From contig JBJHBM010000005.1 in NCBI GenBank assembly GCA_050485485.1, positions 11,877-75,876 on the forward strand: a stretch of DNA of 64,000 bases, written 5' to 3'. Positions 19,640 to 28,799 of the stretch are shown here, one piece after another (the first letter of the stretch is position 1; every line of letters starts with the position of its first letter). The stretch comes from Alphaproteobacteria bacterium. GTDB lineage: Bacteria; Pseudomonadota; Alphaproteobacteria; SMXQ01. Below the pieces are notes generated by a model that was given only the letters and a program-made list of their open reading frames with translations, searched no databases and was not told the origin of the DNA. A program made the translations under genes and the position numbers.

Positions 19640-20870
19640 GGCGGGCAAACCCGGCCTCCAGGTCGGCGATCAGGTCGTCCGGATCCTCGAGCCCGGCATG
19701 GAGCCGGATCAGCGGTCCCGGCGCCCGCCACGGCACGGCGGTGCGGAAGGGCGCGGGATCGGCGGGCAGGATCAGGCTCTCATAGCCGCCCCAGGAATAG
19801 CCGAGCTTGAACAGGTCCATCCCGTCCACCATGCGGGCGACGGCGGCCTTCGGATACTTGCGCGCGAGCACCACGGAGAACAGCCCGGAGGCGCCCGCGA
19901 AGTCGCGCGTCCAGAGCGCGTGGCCGGGGCAGTCCGGGAACGCCGGGTGGAGGACGCGCGCCACCTCCCGGCGGCCCTTGAGCCATTCGGCGAGGCGGAG
20001 CGCGGTCGCCTGGTGGCGGGCGAGGCGCACGTCCAGGGTGCGGAGGCCGCGCAGGGCGAGGTAGCAGTCGTCGGGGCCGGGTGCCGCGCCGAGGATCGCG
20101 GCGGCGGTCTTGACCCGGCGGTAATGTGCCGCGGTGGTCACGATGGCGCCCATCATCACGTCGGAATGGCCGCCCAGGTACTTGGTCGCGGCTTCGATCG
20201 CCACGTCGGCGCCGTGCTCGAACGGGCGGAAGTAGAGCGGCGTCGCCCAGCTGTTGTCGAGCAGCACCACGGCGCCGGCGGCGTGCGCGGCCGTGGCGAT
20301 GGCGGGCAGGTCCTGGACCTCGAAGGTGAGCGAGCCCGGGCTTTCGCAGAACACGACGCGGGTCTCGGGACGGATCAGGGCGGCGATCCCGGCACCGATC
20401 AGCGGGTCGTAGTAGGTGGTTTCCACCCCGAAGCCCCTGAGTAGCGTGTCGCACAGCTTGCGGGTCGGGCTGTAGGCTGCGTCCACCATCAGCAGGTGGT
20501 CGCCCGCCTTCAGGAAGGCCATCAGCGCGGCGGCGATGGCGGCGAGGCCGGAGCCGGTGGCGACGGCGCGGTCGCCGCCCTCGATCTCCGCCACCGCGCG
20601 CTCGAAGGCGAAGGTGGTGGGGGTGCCGTGACGGCCGTAATAGACGTTGTCGAAGGGGGCGGCCCCGATCCGCTCCATCTCGGCGAGGGTCGGGAACAGC
20701 ACCGTGGAGGCGTGATAGACCGGCGGGTTGACGATGCCGAAATGGGCGAAGGGATCGCGTCCGGCCTCGGTCACGCGGGTGGCGCGGCCGTGGCGGCGGG
20801 CCGGCTTGCGCGCGCCGGCGGCGGGCTTGCCTCGGCCCCGGACGGGACCGCGCGGCGGTTTCGGCGCCAT
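19629..20870 (-). CDS. metC: cystathionine beta-lyase / PLP-dependent Cys-Met metabolism enzyme
   Basis: NPPVYHASTVLF, AVATGSGLAAI, PLP-lysine region (SATKYLGGHSDVMMG). Basic N-terminal extension MAPKPPRGPVRGRGK. Start overlaps the sseA stop (ATGA). Confidence 0.8.
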   Translation of the reverse strand: MAPKPPRGPVRGRGKPAAGARKPARRHGRATRVTEAGRDPFAHFGIVNPPVYHASTVLFPTLAEMERIGAAPFDNVYYGRHGTPTTFAFERAVAEIEGGDRAVATGSGLAAIAAALMAFLKAGDHLLMVDAAYSPTRKLCDTLLRGFGVETTYYDPLIGAGIAALIRPETRVVFCESPGSLTFEVQDLPAIATAAHAAGAVVLLDNSWATPLYFRPFEHGADVAIEAATKYLGGHSDVMMGAIVTTAAHYRRVKTAAAILGAAPGPDDCYLALRGLRTLDVRLARHQATALRLAEWLKGRREVARVLHPAFPDCPGHALWTRDFAGASGLFSVVLARKYPKAAVARMVDGMDLFKLGYSWGGYESLILPADPAPFRTAVPWRAPGPLIRLHAGLEDPDDLIADLEAGFARLTA

Positions 20871-21733
20871 CAGGCCCCGGTTTCCGCCGGCGTGTCGGAC
20901 TGGGCGCCCCATTCCGACCATGAGCCGTCGTAGACCGCGACGTCCTCGCGCCCGATCAGGTGCAGCCCGAAGGCGAGCGCGCAGGCGGTGACGCCCGAGC
21001 CGCAACTGCAGACCACAGGCCTGTCGGGGGCGACACCCGCGTCCGCGAACAGTGCGGCGAGCGCGTCGGCCTCCTTGACGAGACGGGTCTCGGGATCGAC
21101 CAGGGCGGCGTAGTGGAGGTTGCGGCTGCCCGGGATATGGCCCGGGCGCACGCCCGGCCGGGGCTCCGGCTCGGTGCCGGCGAAGCGCCCCGGGCTGCGG
21201 GCGTCGAGGACGTGCTCCTTGCCGCTTTCGAGGTTGGCCTTCATCTGCGGCAGGATGCGCATGAGCTTGGGCCGGAAGCCGACCTCGAACGGGACCGAGG
21301 GCACCGGCATCTCGGGCGCCTCGGTCTCGACCGGGCGGCCTTCGGCCTGCCAGCGCGGGAAGCCGCCGTTGAGGATCGAGACCTTGTCGTAGCCGTAGAG
21401 CCGGAACAGCCACCACACGCGGGGTGCCGAATAGAGCCCGACGCTGTCGTAGAGCACGACATGGTCGTTGCGCTCGATGCCGAGCGCCGTGACCTCGTCG
21501 GAGAAGGTCATCGGGTCCACCACCGTGTGCGGGTAGGGCGCCGCCGGGTCCGAGAGCAGGTCGATGTCGATGAACAGGGAGCCGGGGATGCGCGCGGCGC
21601 GCCACTCGGCGCGGGCGTTGCGGCCGGTCTCCGGCAGGTGCCACGAAGCGTCCAGCACCTTGACGTGCGGCACGCGCAGGCGGGTTTCCAGCCAGGCACC
21701 GTCGACCAGGGACATAGGCTTCGCGTAAAGCAT
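20870..21733 (-). CDS. sseA: 3-mercaptopyruvate sulfurtransferase (tandem rhodanese)
   Basis: Two rhodanese domains, catalytic CSCGSGVTAC loop. AAGAGG RBS 9 nt upstream of the ATG at 21733. Confidence 0.85.
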   Translation of the reverse strand: MLYAKPMSLVDGAWLETRLRVPHVKVLDASWHLPETGRNARAEWRAARIPGSLFIDIDLLSDPAAPYPHTVVDPMTFSDEVTALGIERNDHVVLYDSVGLYSAPRVWWLFRLYGYDKVSILNGGFPRWQAEGRPVETEAPEMPVPSVPFEVGFRPKLMRILPQMKANLESGKEHVLDARSPGRFAGTEPEPRPGVRPGHIPGSRNLHYAALVDPETRLVKEADALAALFADAGVAPDRPVVCSCGSGVTACALAFGLHLIGREDVAVYDGSWSEWGAQSDTPAETGA

Positions 21734-21758
21734 GAAAATTACCTCTTACTAAACTGAT

Positions 21759-22775
21759 TTACCTTCGTTCCAGCCAGGCCGGGACGGGCAGGTTGCGTTC
21801 GCGCAGGAAGACCGGGTTGAACAGCTTGGACTGGTAGCGCTGGCCCGAATCGGCGAGCACGGTGACGATGGTGTGGCCGGGCCCCATCTGCTTGGCGAGG
21901 CGGATCGCGCCGGCCACGTTGATGCCGGTCGAGCCGCCCATGCACAGGCCCTCGTGCTTGAGCAGGTCGAAGATCACCGGCAGGGCCTCCTCGTCGGGGA
22001 TGCGGAAGGCGTCGTCGATGGGGGCGTCCTCGAGATTTTTGGTGACGCGCCCCTGGCCGATTCCTTCCGTGATCGAGGTGCCCTCGGCCTTGAGCTCGCC
22101 CGACTTGATCCAGTTGTACATGGCGGCCCCGCCCGGATCGGCGCAGGCGATCACCACCCCCGGGTTGCGTGCCTTGAGGGCCATGCCGACGCCGGCCAGC
22201 GTGCCGCCGGTGCCGATCGCGCAGACGAAACCGTCCACCTTGCCGCCGGTCTGCTCCCAGATCTCGGGGCCGGTGGTTTCGACGTGGGCCTGGCGGTTGG
22301 CGACGTTGTCGAACTGGTTGGCCCAGACCGCGCCGTGCGGCTCGCGGTCGGCCAGCTCCTTGGCGAGGCGGGCCGAGACCTTGACGTAGTTGTTGGGGTC
22401 GGCGTAGGGGACCGCCGGTACCTCCACCAGCTCGGCGCCGCACAGGCGCAGCATCTGCTTCTTCTCCTCGGACTGGGTCTCGGGGATCACGATCACCGAG
22501 CGGTAGCCGCGCGCGTTGCCGACCAGCGCGAGGCCGATGCCGGTGTTGCCGGCGGTGCCCTCCACCACCACGCCGCCCGGCTCGAGCTGGCCGTTGTCCT
22601 CGGCGTCCTTGATGATGAACAGCGCCGCGCGGTCCTTGACCGAGCCGCCGGGGTTGAGGAACTCCGCCTTGCCGAGGATCTCGCAGCCGGTCTCCTCCGA
22701 GGCCCGCCGCAGGCGCAGCAGGGGGGTCCGGCCGATGGTGTCGATGAAGCCGTCGCGGATGTCGATGGGTTCCAT
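21759..22775 (-). CDS. cysK: cysteine synthase A / PLP-dependent O-acetylserine sulfhydrylase family
   Basis: PLP-lysine motif NPGGSVKDRAA, GTAGNTGIGLA, GTGGT loop. Confidence 0.85.
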   Translation of the reverse strand: MEPIDIRDGFIDTIGRTPLLRLRRASEETGCEILGKAEFLNPGGSVKDRAALFIIKDAEDNGQLEPGGVVVEGTAGNTGIGLALVGNARGYRSVIVIPETQSEEKKQMLRLCGAELVEVPAVPYADPNNYVKVSARLAKELADREPHGAVWANQFDNVANRQAHVETTGPEIWEQTGGKVDGFVCAIGTGGTLAGVGMALKARNPGVVIACADPGGAAMYNWIKSGELKAEGTSITEGIGQGRVTKNLEDAPIDDAFRIPDEEALPVIFDLLKHEGLCMGGSTGINVAGAIRLAKQMGPGHTIVTVLADSGQRYQSKLFNPVFLRERNLPVPAWLERR

Positions 22776-22896
22776 TTTTGTCCTTGTTTTACAGGAAGTT
22801 GGGCGGTTCCGGCGGGCCCCGGGAAGGCGGCGGGCCCGGCCCGGATGCTAGCGGGGCCGGGAGGGGCGATCAAGGGCGGGGCGGGCGGCGCGGCGG

Positions 22897-23541
22897 TCAG
22901 ACGGGCGCGAGGCCCCAGCGCGCGCGCAGGCGGTCCTCGTTGATCCTGAGCCACTGCAGCGCGATCACGGTCTGGGCGTTGTCGTAGCGGGCCGCGTCGA
23001 GGGCCTCGAAGGCCGCCGCCAGCGGCACGGCCGTCACCAGGATGTCCTCGTCCTCGTGGTCGAGGCCGTGGACGCCGCCGGCGCCGGCCGCGTCCACCCG
23101 CGCGCAGTAGATCCGCACGGTCTCCGAGGTGCCGCCCGGGCTCGCGAGATAGGTCAGCATCGGCTCCAGCGCGCGCGCATCGAGCCCGGCCTCCTCCTCG
23201 AGCTCGCGCCGCGCCACCGCCTCGGGGGTCTCGCCCGCGTCGATGATGCCGGCCACGATCTCGGTGAGCCACGGCGCGCGCCCGGCGGCGAGCGCGCCGA
23301 CCCGGAACTGGCGGAGCAGCACCACCTCGCGCCGAACCGGGTCGTAGGGCAGCACCGCGACCGCGTGGCCGCGCTCGAACACCTCGCGGGTGATGACGCC
23401 GCTCATGCCGCCCGCATGCAGGCGGTGGCGCAGCCGGTAGCGGTCGATGCGGAAATAGCCCCGGAACGCCTCGGCCTTCTCGACGATCTCGACGTCGGCC
23501 GGCGCGTTCGGGGGCGCGTCGCGGTCCCGGTCCCCGTTCAT
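22897..23541 (-). CDS. NUDIX hydrolase (ADP-ribose pyrophosphatase-like)
   Basis: Nudix box GIIDAGETPEAVARRELEEEAG. Only the 3' 214 codons of the 460-aa table ORF are coding. Start overlaps the stop of the upstream MFS gene. Confidence 0.8.
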   Translation of the reverse strand: MNGDRDRDAPPNAPADVEIVEKAEAFRGYFRIDRYRLRHRLHAGGMSGVITREVFERGHAVAVLPYDPVRREVVLLRQFRVGALAAGRAPWLTEIVAGIIDAGETPEAVARRELEEEAGLDARALEPMLTYLASPGGTSETVRIYCARVDAAGAGGVHGLDHEDEDILVTAVPLAAAFEALDAARYDNAQTVIALQWLRINEDRLRARWGLAPV

Positions 23542-24806
23542 GCCGTCCTTCCTTCCGCCGCCGCGGCCGGGCCCTCCACGCTGGCGCGGATCGCGCCGAG
23601 GCGCCCCGTCACCCACAGCCAGGCCACGAGGCACAGCACCCCGCCGCCCGCCACCGGCCAGCCGAGCCCGGTGTATTCCGCGATCCACCCCATGGTCAGC
23701 CCGCCGACCGCGGGCCCGCCGCGGAAGATGATGCCGTAGATCGACAGCACGCGGCCCCGCATCTCGCCCCTCACCGTGGTTTGGACGATGGTCATCACGC
23801 CCACCGCCGAGACCGAGAGGCCGATGCCGGCGAAGTAGAGCATCACGACCGCGGGCCAGAAATCGCTCATCGTGGCGAACACGATCAGCATAACGCCGAC
23901 CCAGGCGGTGGCGTGCATGGAGATGGAGGAAAGGCCGACGATATTGGGCCGCATGATGAGATAGATAGCTCCGGTCAGCGCGCCGAGCCCGACCGAGCTG
24001 GTGAGGATCGAGAGCGCCTCCGGGCCGCGTCCGAATACGCCGCTCGCGAAGCCGGGCAGCAGGTCCATGAAGGCCCGGCTCCCGAGCGAGCTCACCACCA
24101 GGACGATCAGCAGCGGCCCGATACCGGGATGGGTGAAGCCGTAGCGCATCCCGTTCCAAATGTCGCCGGCCAGGGTCGCGCCCTTGCGGCGCTTCGCCAG
24201 CGCCTCCTCGCGCGGCTCGAGCCCCATGAAGATCCACAGGAACACGGCATAGGTAAAGATGTTGACCACCATCGCCCATCCGGCAGAGGAAAGGGCGGTG
24301 ACGGCGCCGAACACGACCGGGCCGGCGAAGCGCGCGAGGTTAAAGGTCATGGAGCCGATCGGCGAGGCGCGCGGCAGGTCCTTCTCGGGCACCAGCAGCG
24401 CCATGATGGCGAGGCGCGCGGTCTGACTGAAGGCGTTGACGGTCCCGAGATAGACCGTCGCGGCCGCCAGCAGCCAGATGTTGAGGAGGCCGCTGAAATA
24501 CATCGCGACGAGGAATATCGGCTGGAGCATCGCCAGGGCGATCGTGATCCGCGCCAGCTTCATGCGGTTCATGCGGTCGGTGACGGCGCCGCCCAGCAGG
24601 CTGAACAGCAGCGTCGGCGCGGTGTCGCAGAACAGGATGATGCCGAGCCAGGCGGGGGACCGCGTCAGCTCCCACGCGATCCAGCCGACCGCGAGCCTCT
24701 GCGCCCAGTCCCCGATGTGCGACAGGAAGTTGCCGAGGGTGTAACGGCGGAACTGGCGGTTCCCGAGGATGGCAAGCCCCTCGGTCAGCGACAGCTTCCC
24801 GCTCAT
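23538..24806 (-). CDS. MFS transporter (EntS/YbdA-like)
   Basis: 12 predicted TM helices, MFS signature GGAVTDRMNRMK. Confidence 0.85.
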   Translation of the reverse strand: MSGKLSLTEGLAILGNRQFRRYTLGNFLSHIGDWAQRLAVGWIAWELTRSPAWLGIILFCDTAPTLLFSLLGGAVTDRMNRMKLARITIALAMLQPIFLVAMYFSGLLNIWLLAAATVYLGTVNAFSQTARLAIMALLVPEKDLPRASPIGSMTFNLARFAGPVVFGAVTALSSAGWAMVVNIFTYAVFLWIFMGLEPREEALAKRRKGATLAGDIWNGMRYGFTHPGIGPLLIVLVVSSLGSRAFMDLLPGFASGVFGRGPEALSILTSSVGLGALTGAIYLIMRPNIVGLSSISMHATAWVGVMLIVFATMSDFWPAVVMLYFAGIGLSVSAVGVMTIVQTTVRGEMRGRVLSIYGIIFRGGPAVGGLTMGWIAEYTGLGWPVAGGGVLCLVAWLWVTGRLGAIRASVEGPAAAAEGRTA

Positions 24807-24971
24807 GGCGCGCCTTTCCGGCGCCGATCGGCTGCAACTATCGCCATATCACCCATCCCGTGTCGGCGCCCTTTCCGGGAGCTTGGCCGGAACGGCGCGA
24901 CAGGCGCAGATTGTAAAATTCGGATGGTATTTCCACCGGAACCGTCTCCTTATAGGGGGCGGCCATTGCGA

Positions 24972-26249
24972 ATGAAAGACGGAATCATCGGGCCGGACAC
25001 GACGACGGAGCGGAGCATGGGCGTCACCAGCGAAAAGGTCGAGTTCACCGGCTACGACGGGCAGAGCCGACTCGCCGCGCGCCTCGATGTGCCGGCCGAG
25101 GGCAGGCGCGCGGTGGCGCTGTTCGCCCATTGCTTTACCTGCTCCAAGGACATCCGCGCCGCCTCGCGCATCGCGGCCGCGTTGGCGGCGCGGGGATTCG
25201 CGGTCCTGCGCTTCGATTTCACCGGGCTCGGCGCCTCGGAAGGCGAGTTTGCCAACACCCATTTCAGCTCCAACGTGGGCGACCTGATCGCGGCCGCACG
25301 CTACCTGGAAGAGCGCGGCATGGCACCCGACGTTCTGGTGGGCCACTCGCTCGGCGGTGCCGCCGTGCTGGCCGCAGCGGGCGACCTCACTTCCGTGCGG
25401 GCGGTCGCGACCATCGGCGCCCCCGCCGACCCGGCGCACGTCCGCCACCTGTTCAAGGACAGCGCCGAGACCATCGCCCGCGAGGGCAGGGCGGAAGTGA
25501 CCATCGCGGGGCGCAGCTTCACCATCGCCAAGAACTTTCTCGACGATCTCGCCAATCACAATCTTGCGGCGCGCGTCGCGAAGCTGCGCCGCGCGCTGTT
25601 GCTGTTCCATGCCCCTACCGACAACACGGTCGGCATCGACAATGCGGCGGAGATCTATCAGGCGGCGAAGCATCCCAAGAGCTTCGTCTCGCTCGACGAT
25701 GCCGACCATCTGTTGTCGCGTCCCGCCGATGCGACCTACGTCGCCGAAGTCCTGTCGGCCTGGGCCACGCGCTATATCGCAGACGATGCCGGCTCGTCCG
25801 AATCGGCGCCGAGACCGGAGCCGGTTCCTGCCGTTCCCGAAGGGTGGTCGGTCCTGGTTTCGGAGACCGCCCCCGGTCCTTATACCCAGGCGGTACGCGC
25901 CGGCGCGCACCTGCTTACCGCGGACGAGCCGGAAAAGGCGGGCGGCGCCGACCGCGGTCCCAATCCGCATCGTTTCCTGCTGGCGGCGCTCGGCAGCTGT
26001 ACCTCGATCACGCTGCGCATGTACGCGGGCCGCAAGGAATGGGACATCGGACGCATTTCGGTCGCGCTTCGCATCGGCCCGGTCGAGCGCGGCAATCCGG
26101 GGGCAGGCCAGCGCATCGAGCGGCGGATCACGGTGGACGGTCCACTCACCGCCGAACAGCGCGGCAAACTCCTTGAAATCGCCGAGAAATGCCCGGTCCA
26201 CCGCACGCTCAGCGGTCCCGTCGAGATCGCGACGGCGCTCGACGATTGA
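24972..26249 (+). CDS. bifunctional alpha/beta-hydrolase / OsmC-family protein
   Basis: N-terminal alpha/beta hydrolase (GHSLGG nucleophile elbow, …DHLL) fused to a C-terminal OsmC/Ohr peroxiredoxin-like domain (…LLAALGSCTSITLRMYA…EIAEKCPVHRTL). Alternative start MGVTSEK at 25017. Confidence 0.8.
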   Translation: MKDGIIGPDTTTERSMGVTSEKVEFTGYDGQSRLAARLDVPAEGRRAVALFAHCFTCSKDIRAASRIAAALAARGFAVLRFDFTGLGASEGEFANTHFSSNVGDLIAAARYLEERGMAPDVLVGHSLGGAAVLAAAGDLTSVRAVATIGAPADPAHVRHLFKDSAETIAREGRAEVTIAGRSFTIAKNFLDDLANHNLAARVAKLRRALLLFHAPTDNTVGIDNAAEIYQAAKHPKSFVSLDDADHLLSRPADATYVAEVLSAWATRYIADDAGSSESAPRPEPVPAVPEGWSVLVSETAPGPYTQAVRAGAHLLTADEPEKAGGADRGPNPHRFLLAALGSCTSITLRMYAGRKEWDIGRISVALRIGPVERGNPGAGQRIERRITVDGPLTAEQRGKLLEIAEKCPVHRTLSGPVEIATALDD

Positions 26250-26329
26250 CCCGAAAGTTCGTGCGTGCCGTGACCGCCCCGCTATAATTCCGCCTTATCT
26301 TCGAAAAAACACGAAACAGAGAGCGTGAA

Positions 26330-27808
26330 ATGGCGGATACAGGCGGCCACAATCAAGTCAACGTGCCCTTCGACGACCTCAGGGGCTGGATCGAGGAGGC
26401 CGACAGGCTGGGCGAGCTCAAGCGGGCCAACGGGTACAACTGGGAAGAGCAGATCGGTTGGGCGGCCGAGATTCTCCAGCACGACGAGACGGCGCCGGTG
26501 GCACTGTTCGACGAGATTCCGGGCGTGCCCAAGGGCATGCGGGTTCTCACCAACTTCTTCGCCGACAAGCGCAAGAACATGACGCTGGGCTTCCCGACCG
26601 ATCTCAACAAGGTCGAGTTGTCGGAGGCCTTCCTCAAGCACTTCCGGGAAATCGCCAAGAAGCCGCTGCCCTACGAGGTCGTCAACACGGGGCCCGTGAT
26701 GGAAAACGTCATGGAGGGCGACGACATCGACGTGACCAAGTTCCCGACCCCCGTATGGCATGACCAGGACGAGGGACGCCGCTACATCGGCACCGGCTCG
26801 TTCAACGTGACCGTGGATCCCGACGAGAACTGGGTGAACGTCGGCACCTACCGGGTGATGATCATCGACGAGAAGCGCGTCGCCTTCTACATCTCCCCCG
26901 GCAAGCACGGCCGCATTCATCGCGACAAGTACGAATCCCAGGGCAAGCCGATGCCCGTGTGCATCGTGCTGGGCGGCGATCCGCTCACCTTCCTGATGGG
27001 CTGCACGGAGATCCCCTACGGCGTGTGCGAATTCGACATCGCCGGGGCCTATCGTGGCCACCCGATGAAGGTTATCAAAGGCAAGCACACCGGCCTGCCG
27101 TTTCCGGCCAGCGCCGAAATCGTGATCGAGGGTTTCGTCTATCCGGGCGACAAGGCGCCGGAAGGGCCGTTCGGGGAATGGACCGGCTACTACGGTTCTA
27201 AGATGCGCGCCGAGCCGGTCCTCACCATCAAGGCGATCTACCATCGCAACGACCCGATCATCCTGGGCTGCCCGCCGCAGCGCCCGCCCGAGGAGCAGGC
27301 GCGCTACCGCGCGGTGATGCGCTCGGCGCTGCTCAAGGACGAGCTTTCCAAGTCTGGCGTGCCTGACGTGGTGGCGACATGGTGCCACGAGGCGGGCGGC
27401 TCGCGCCAGCTCACGGCCGTCTCGATCAAGCAGCGTTACCCCGGCCATGCGCGCCAGGTCGGCCACATGGCGGCGATGTGTCGCTCGGTCGCCTACGCCG
27501 GCAAGTACGTCATCGTGGTGGACGACGACATCGACGTCTCGAACCTCGAGGAGCTGATGTGGGCGGTGTGCTCGCGCTCGGATCCCGTGAAGTCCATCGA
27601 CTTCATCCAGAACGCATGGTCCACGCCGCTCGATCCCTGCATCACGCCCTGGGAGAAGGAGAAGGGCAACTTCACCAACTCGCGCGCCATCATCGACGCG
27701 TGCCGCCCGTTTCATTGGCGTGACCAGTATCCGATCGTGAACATGCCGAAGCCCGAGACTACCAAGAAGGCGTGGGAAACCTTCGGCTGGATGTTCGATA
27801 AGAAGTAG
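26330..27808 (+). CDS. UbiD-family (prFMN-dependent) reversible decarboxylase
   Basis: 492 aa, full-length similarity to the UbiD/Fdc family (…EGPFGEWTGYYG…). No ubiX-like gene in the window. Confidence 0.9.
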   Translation: MADTGGHNQVNVPFDDLRGWIEEADRLGELKRANGYNWEEQIGWAAEILQHDETAPVALFDEIPGVPKGMRVLTNFFADKRKNMTLGFPTDLNKVELSEAFLKHFREIAKKPLPYEVVNTGPVMENVMEGDDIDVTKFPTPVWHDQDEGRRYIGTGSFNVTVDPDENWVNVGTYRVMIIDEKRVAFYISPGKHGRIHRDKYESQGKPMPVCIVLGGDPLTFLMGCTEIPYGVCEFDIAGAYRGHPMKVIKGKHTGLPFPASAEIVIEGFVYPGDKAPEGPFGEWTGYYGSKMRAEPVLTIKAIYHRNDPIILGCPPQRPPEEQARYRAVMRSALLKDELSKSGVPDVVATWCHEAGGSRQLTAVSIKQRYPGHARQVGHMAAMCRSVAYAGKYVIVVDDDIDVSNLEELMWAVCSRSDPVKSIDFIQNAWSTPLDPCITPWEKEKGNFTNSRAIIDACRPFHWRDQYPIVNMPKPETTKKAWETFGWMFDKK

Positions 27809-27921
27809 GGCGGCGCACCGCGATCGGATGTCTTGGTGTGCGCCTGAACGTGTGTCAGATGAAGGCGGGGCGGCGTTTGTGCCGACCGGCCTTCCGGTTT
27901 TCGGCGCTTGTATCTCGCACT

Positions 27922-27945
27922 ATATTTCGTTAATTTCCGAAATAT
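27922..27945. promoter_or_regulatory. perfect 8-bp inverted repeat ATATTTCG-N8-CGAAATAT overlapping the arsR start codon; candidate ArsR operator
   Basis: Read directly: tATATTTCGttaatttcCGAAATATgg; the right arm contains the ATG at 27944. The surrounding 40 bp are AT-rich. Confidence 0.5.
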
Positions 27946-28300
27946 GGAAATACAGTCCGCCGTTTCGGCCTTTCAGGCGCTCGCCCACGATACGCGCCTT
28001 CGTGCCTTCCGTCTGATCGTGGGGGCGGGGCTCGAGGGCATCGCGGCCGGCGAGATCGCCCGCGCGCTGGATGTGCCGCCCTCGACGCTGTCCACCCATC
28101 TCGCGCTGCTGGAGCACGCGGGGCTCGTGGCGTCGCGGCGCGACCAGCGCAGCATCCTCTATGCCGCCGAGAGCGAAGGAATCGCGGCCATCGTGGATTT
28201 CCTGACGCGCGACTGCTGCCGCGGCCGGCCGGAGCTGTGCGGCTTCGCGCCGTCTGCCGTCCGCATCCAGCGTGCGAAACGGAAGAGGGCGACAGCTTGA
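27944..28300 (+). CDS. arsR: ArsR/SmtB-family metalloregulatory transcriptional repressor
   Basis: HTH LRAFRLIVGAGLEGIAAGEIARALDVPPSTLSTHLALLEHAGLV; C-terminal Cys pair (DCCRGRPELC) as in type-2 ArsR. Confidence 0.8.
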   Translation: MEIQSAVSAFQALAHDTRLRAFRLIVGAGLEGIAAGEIARALDVPPSTLSTHLALLEHAGLVASRRDQRSILYAAESEGIAAIVDFLTRDCCRGRPELCGFAPSAVRIQRAKRKRATA

Positions 28301-28797
28301 CCGGCGGCATTTGCAGCGTCCTGTTCCTCTGCACCGGCAATTCGGCCCGCTCGATTATGGCGGAAGCGGCGCTGGCGCGGGAAGGAGAGGGCCGTTTCCG
28401 TACGTTCAGCGCCGGAAGCCATCCGGTCGGCGCGGTCAACCCGTATGCGCTCGACCTGCTGCGCCGCAACGGCTACCGGATCCATCTGCTGCGTTCCAAG
28501 AGCTGGGACGAGTTCGCCGGGCCCGATGCCCCGCCGCTCGATGTCGTCATCACGGTTTGCGATGCCGCCGCGGGCGAAGTGTGTCCGATCTGGCCGGGTC
28601 GGCCCGTCACGGCGCACTGGTCCTTTCCGGACCCCGCTGCCTTCCGGGGAAGTCCGGCCGAGATCGCGGAATGTTTCGAGAAGGTCTATCTCCGGGTTCT
28701 CGAACGGGTACGGCAGCTCGTGGCCGTGCCCGTCGCGGAGCTCGACAGAATGTCGCTGCAGAAGCACCTCTCCGGCCTCGACCCGGCGGACAACTGA
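28297..28797 (+). CDS. arsC: arsenate reductase, LMW-PTP / thioredoxin-coupled type
   Basis: P-loop CTGNSARS plus downstream Cys pair (VCDAAAGEVCP). TTG start 7 nt after GGAAGAGGG, overlapping the arsR stop (TTGA). An in-frame upstream ATG at 28237 would overlap arsR by 64 bp. Confidence 0.75.
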   Translation: MTGGICSVLFLCTGNSARSIMAEAALAREGEGRFRTFSAGSHPVGAVNPYALDLLRRNGYRIHLLRSKSWDEFAGPDAPPLDVVITVCDAAAGEVCPIWPGRPVTAHWSFPDPAAFRGSPAEIAECFEKVYLRVLERVRQLVAVPVAELDRMSLQKHLSGLDPADN

Positions 28798-28799
28798 TC

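Noticed and set aside
22897-24279. 460-aa ORF
   Set aside because: Only the last 214 codons (NUDIX hydrolase) are real. The upstream part is an out-of-frame overlap of the MFS transporter gene.
23781-26249. 822-aa ORF
   Set aside because: The first ~397 codons are antisense to the MFS gene and low complexity. The real hydrolase-OsmC gene begins at 24972 or 25017.
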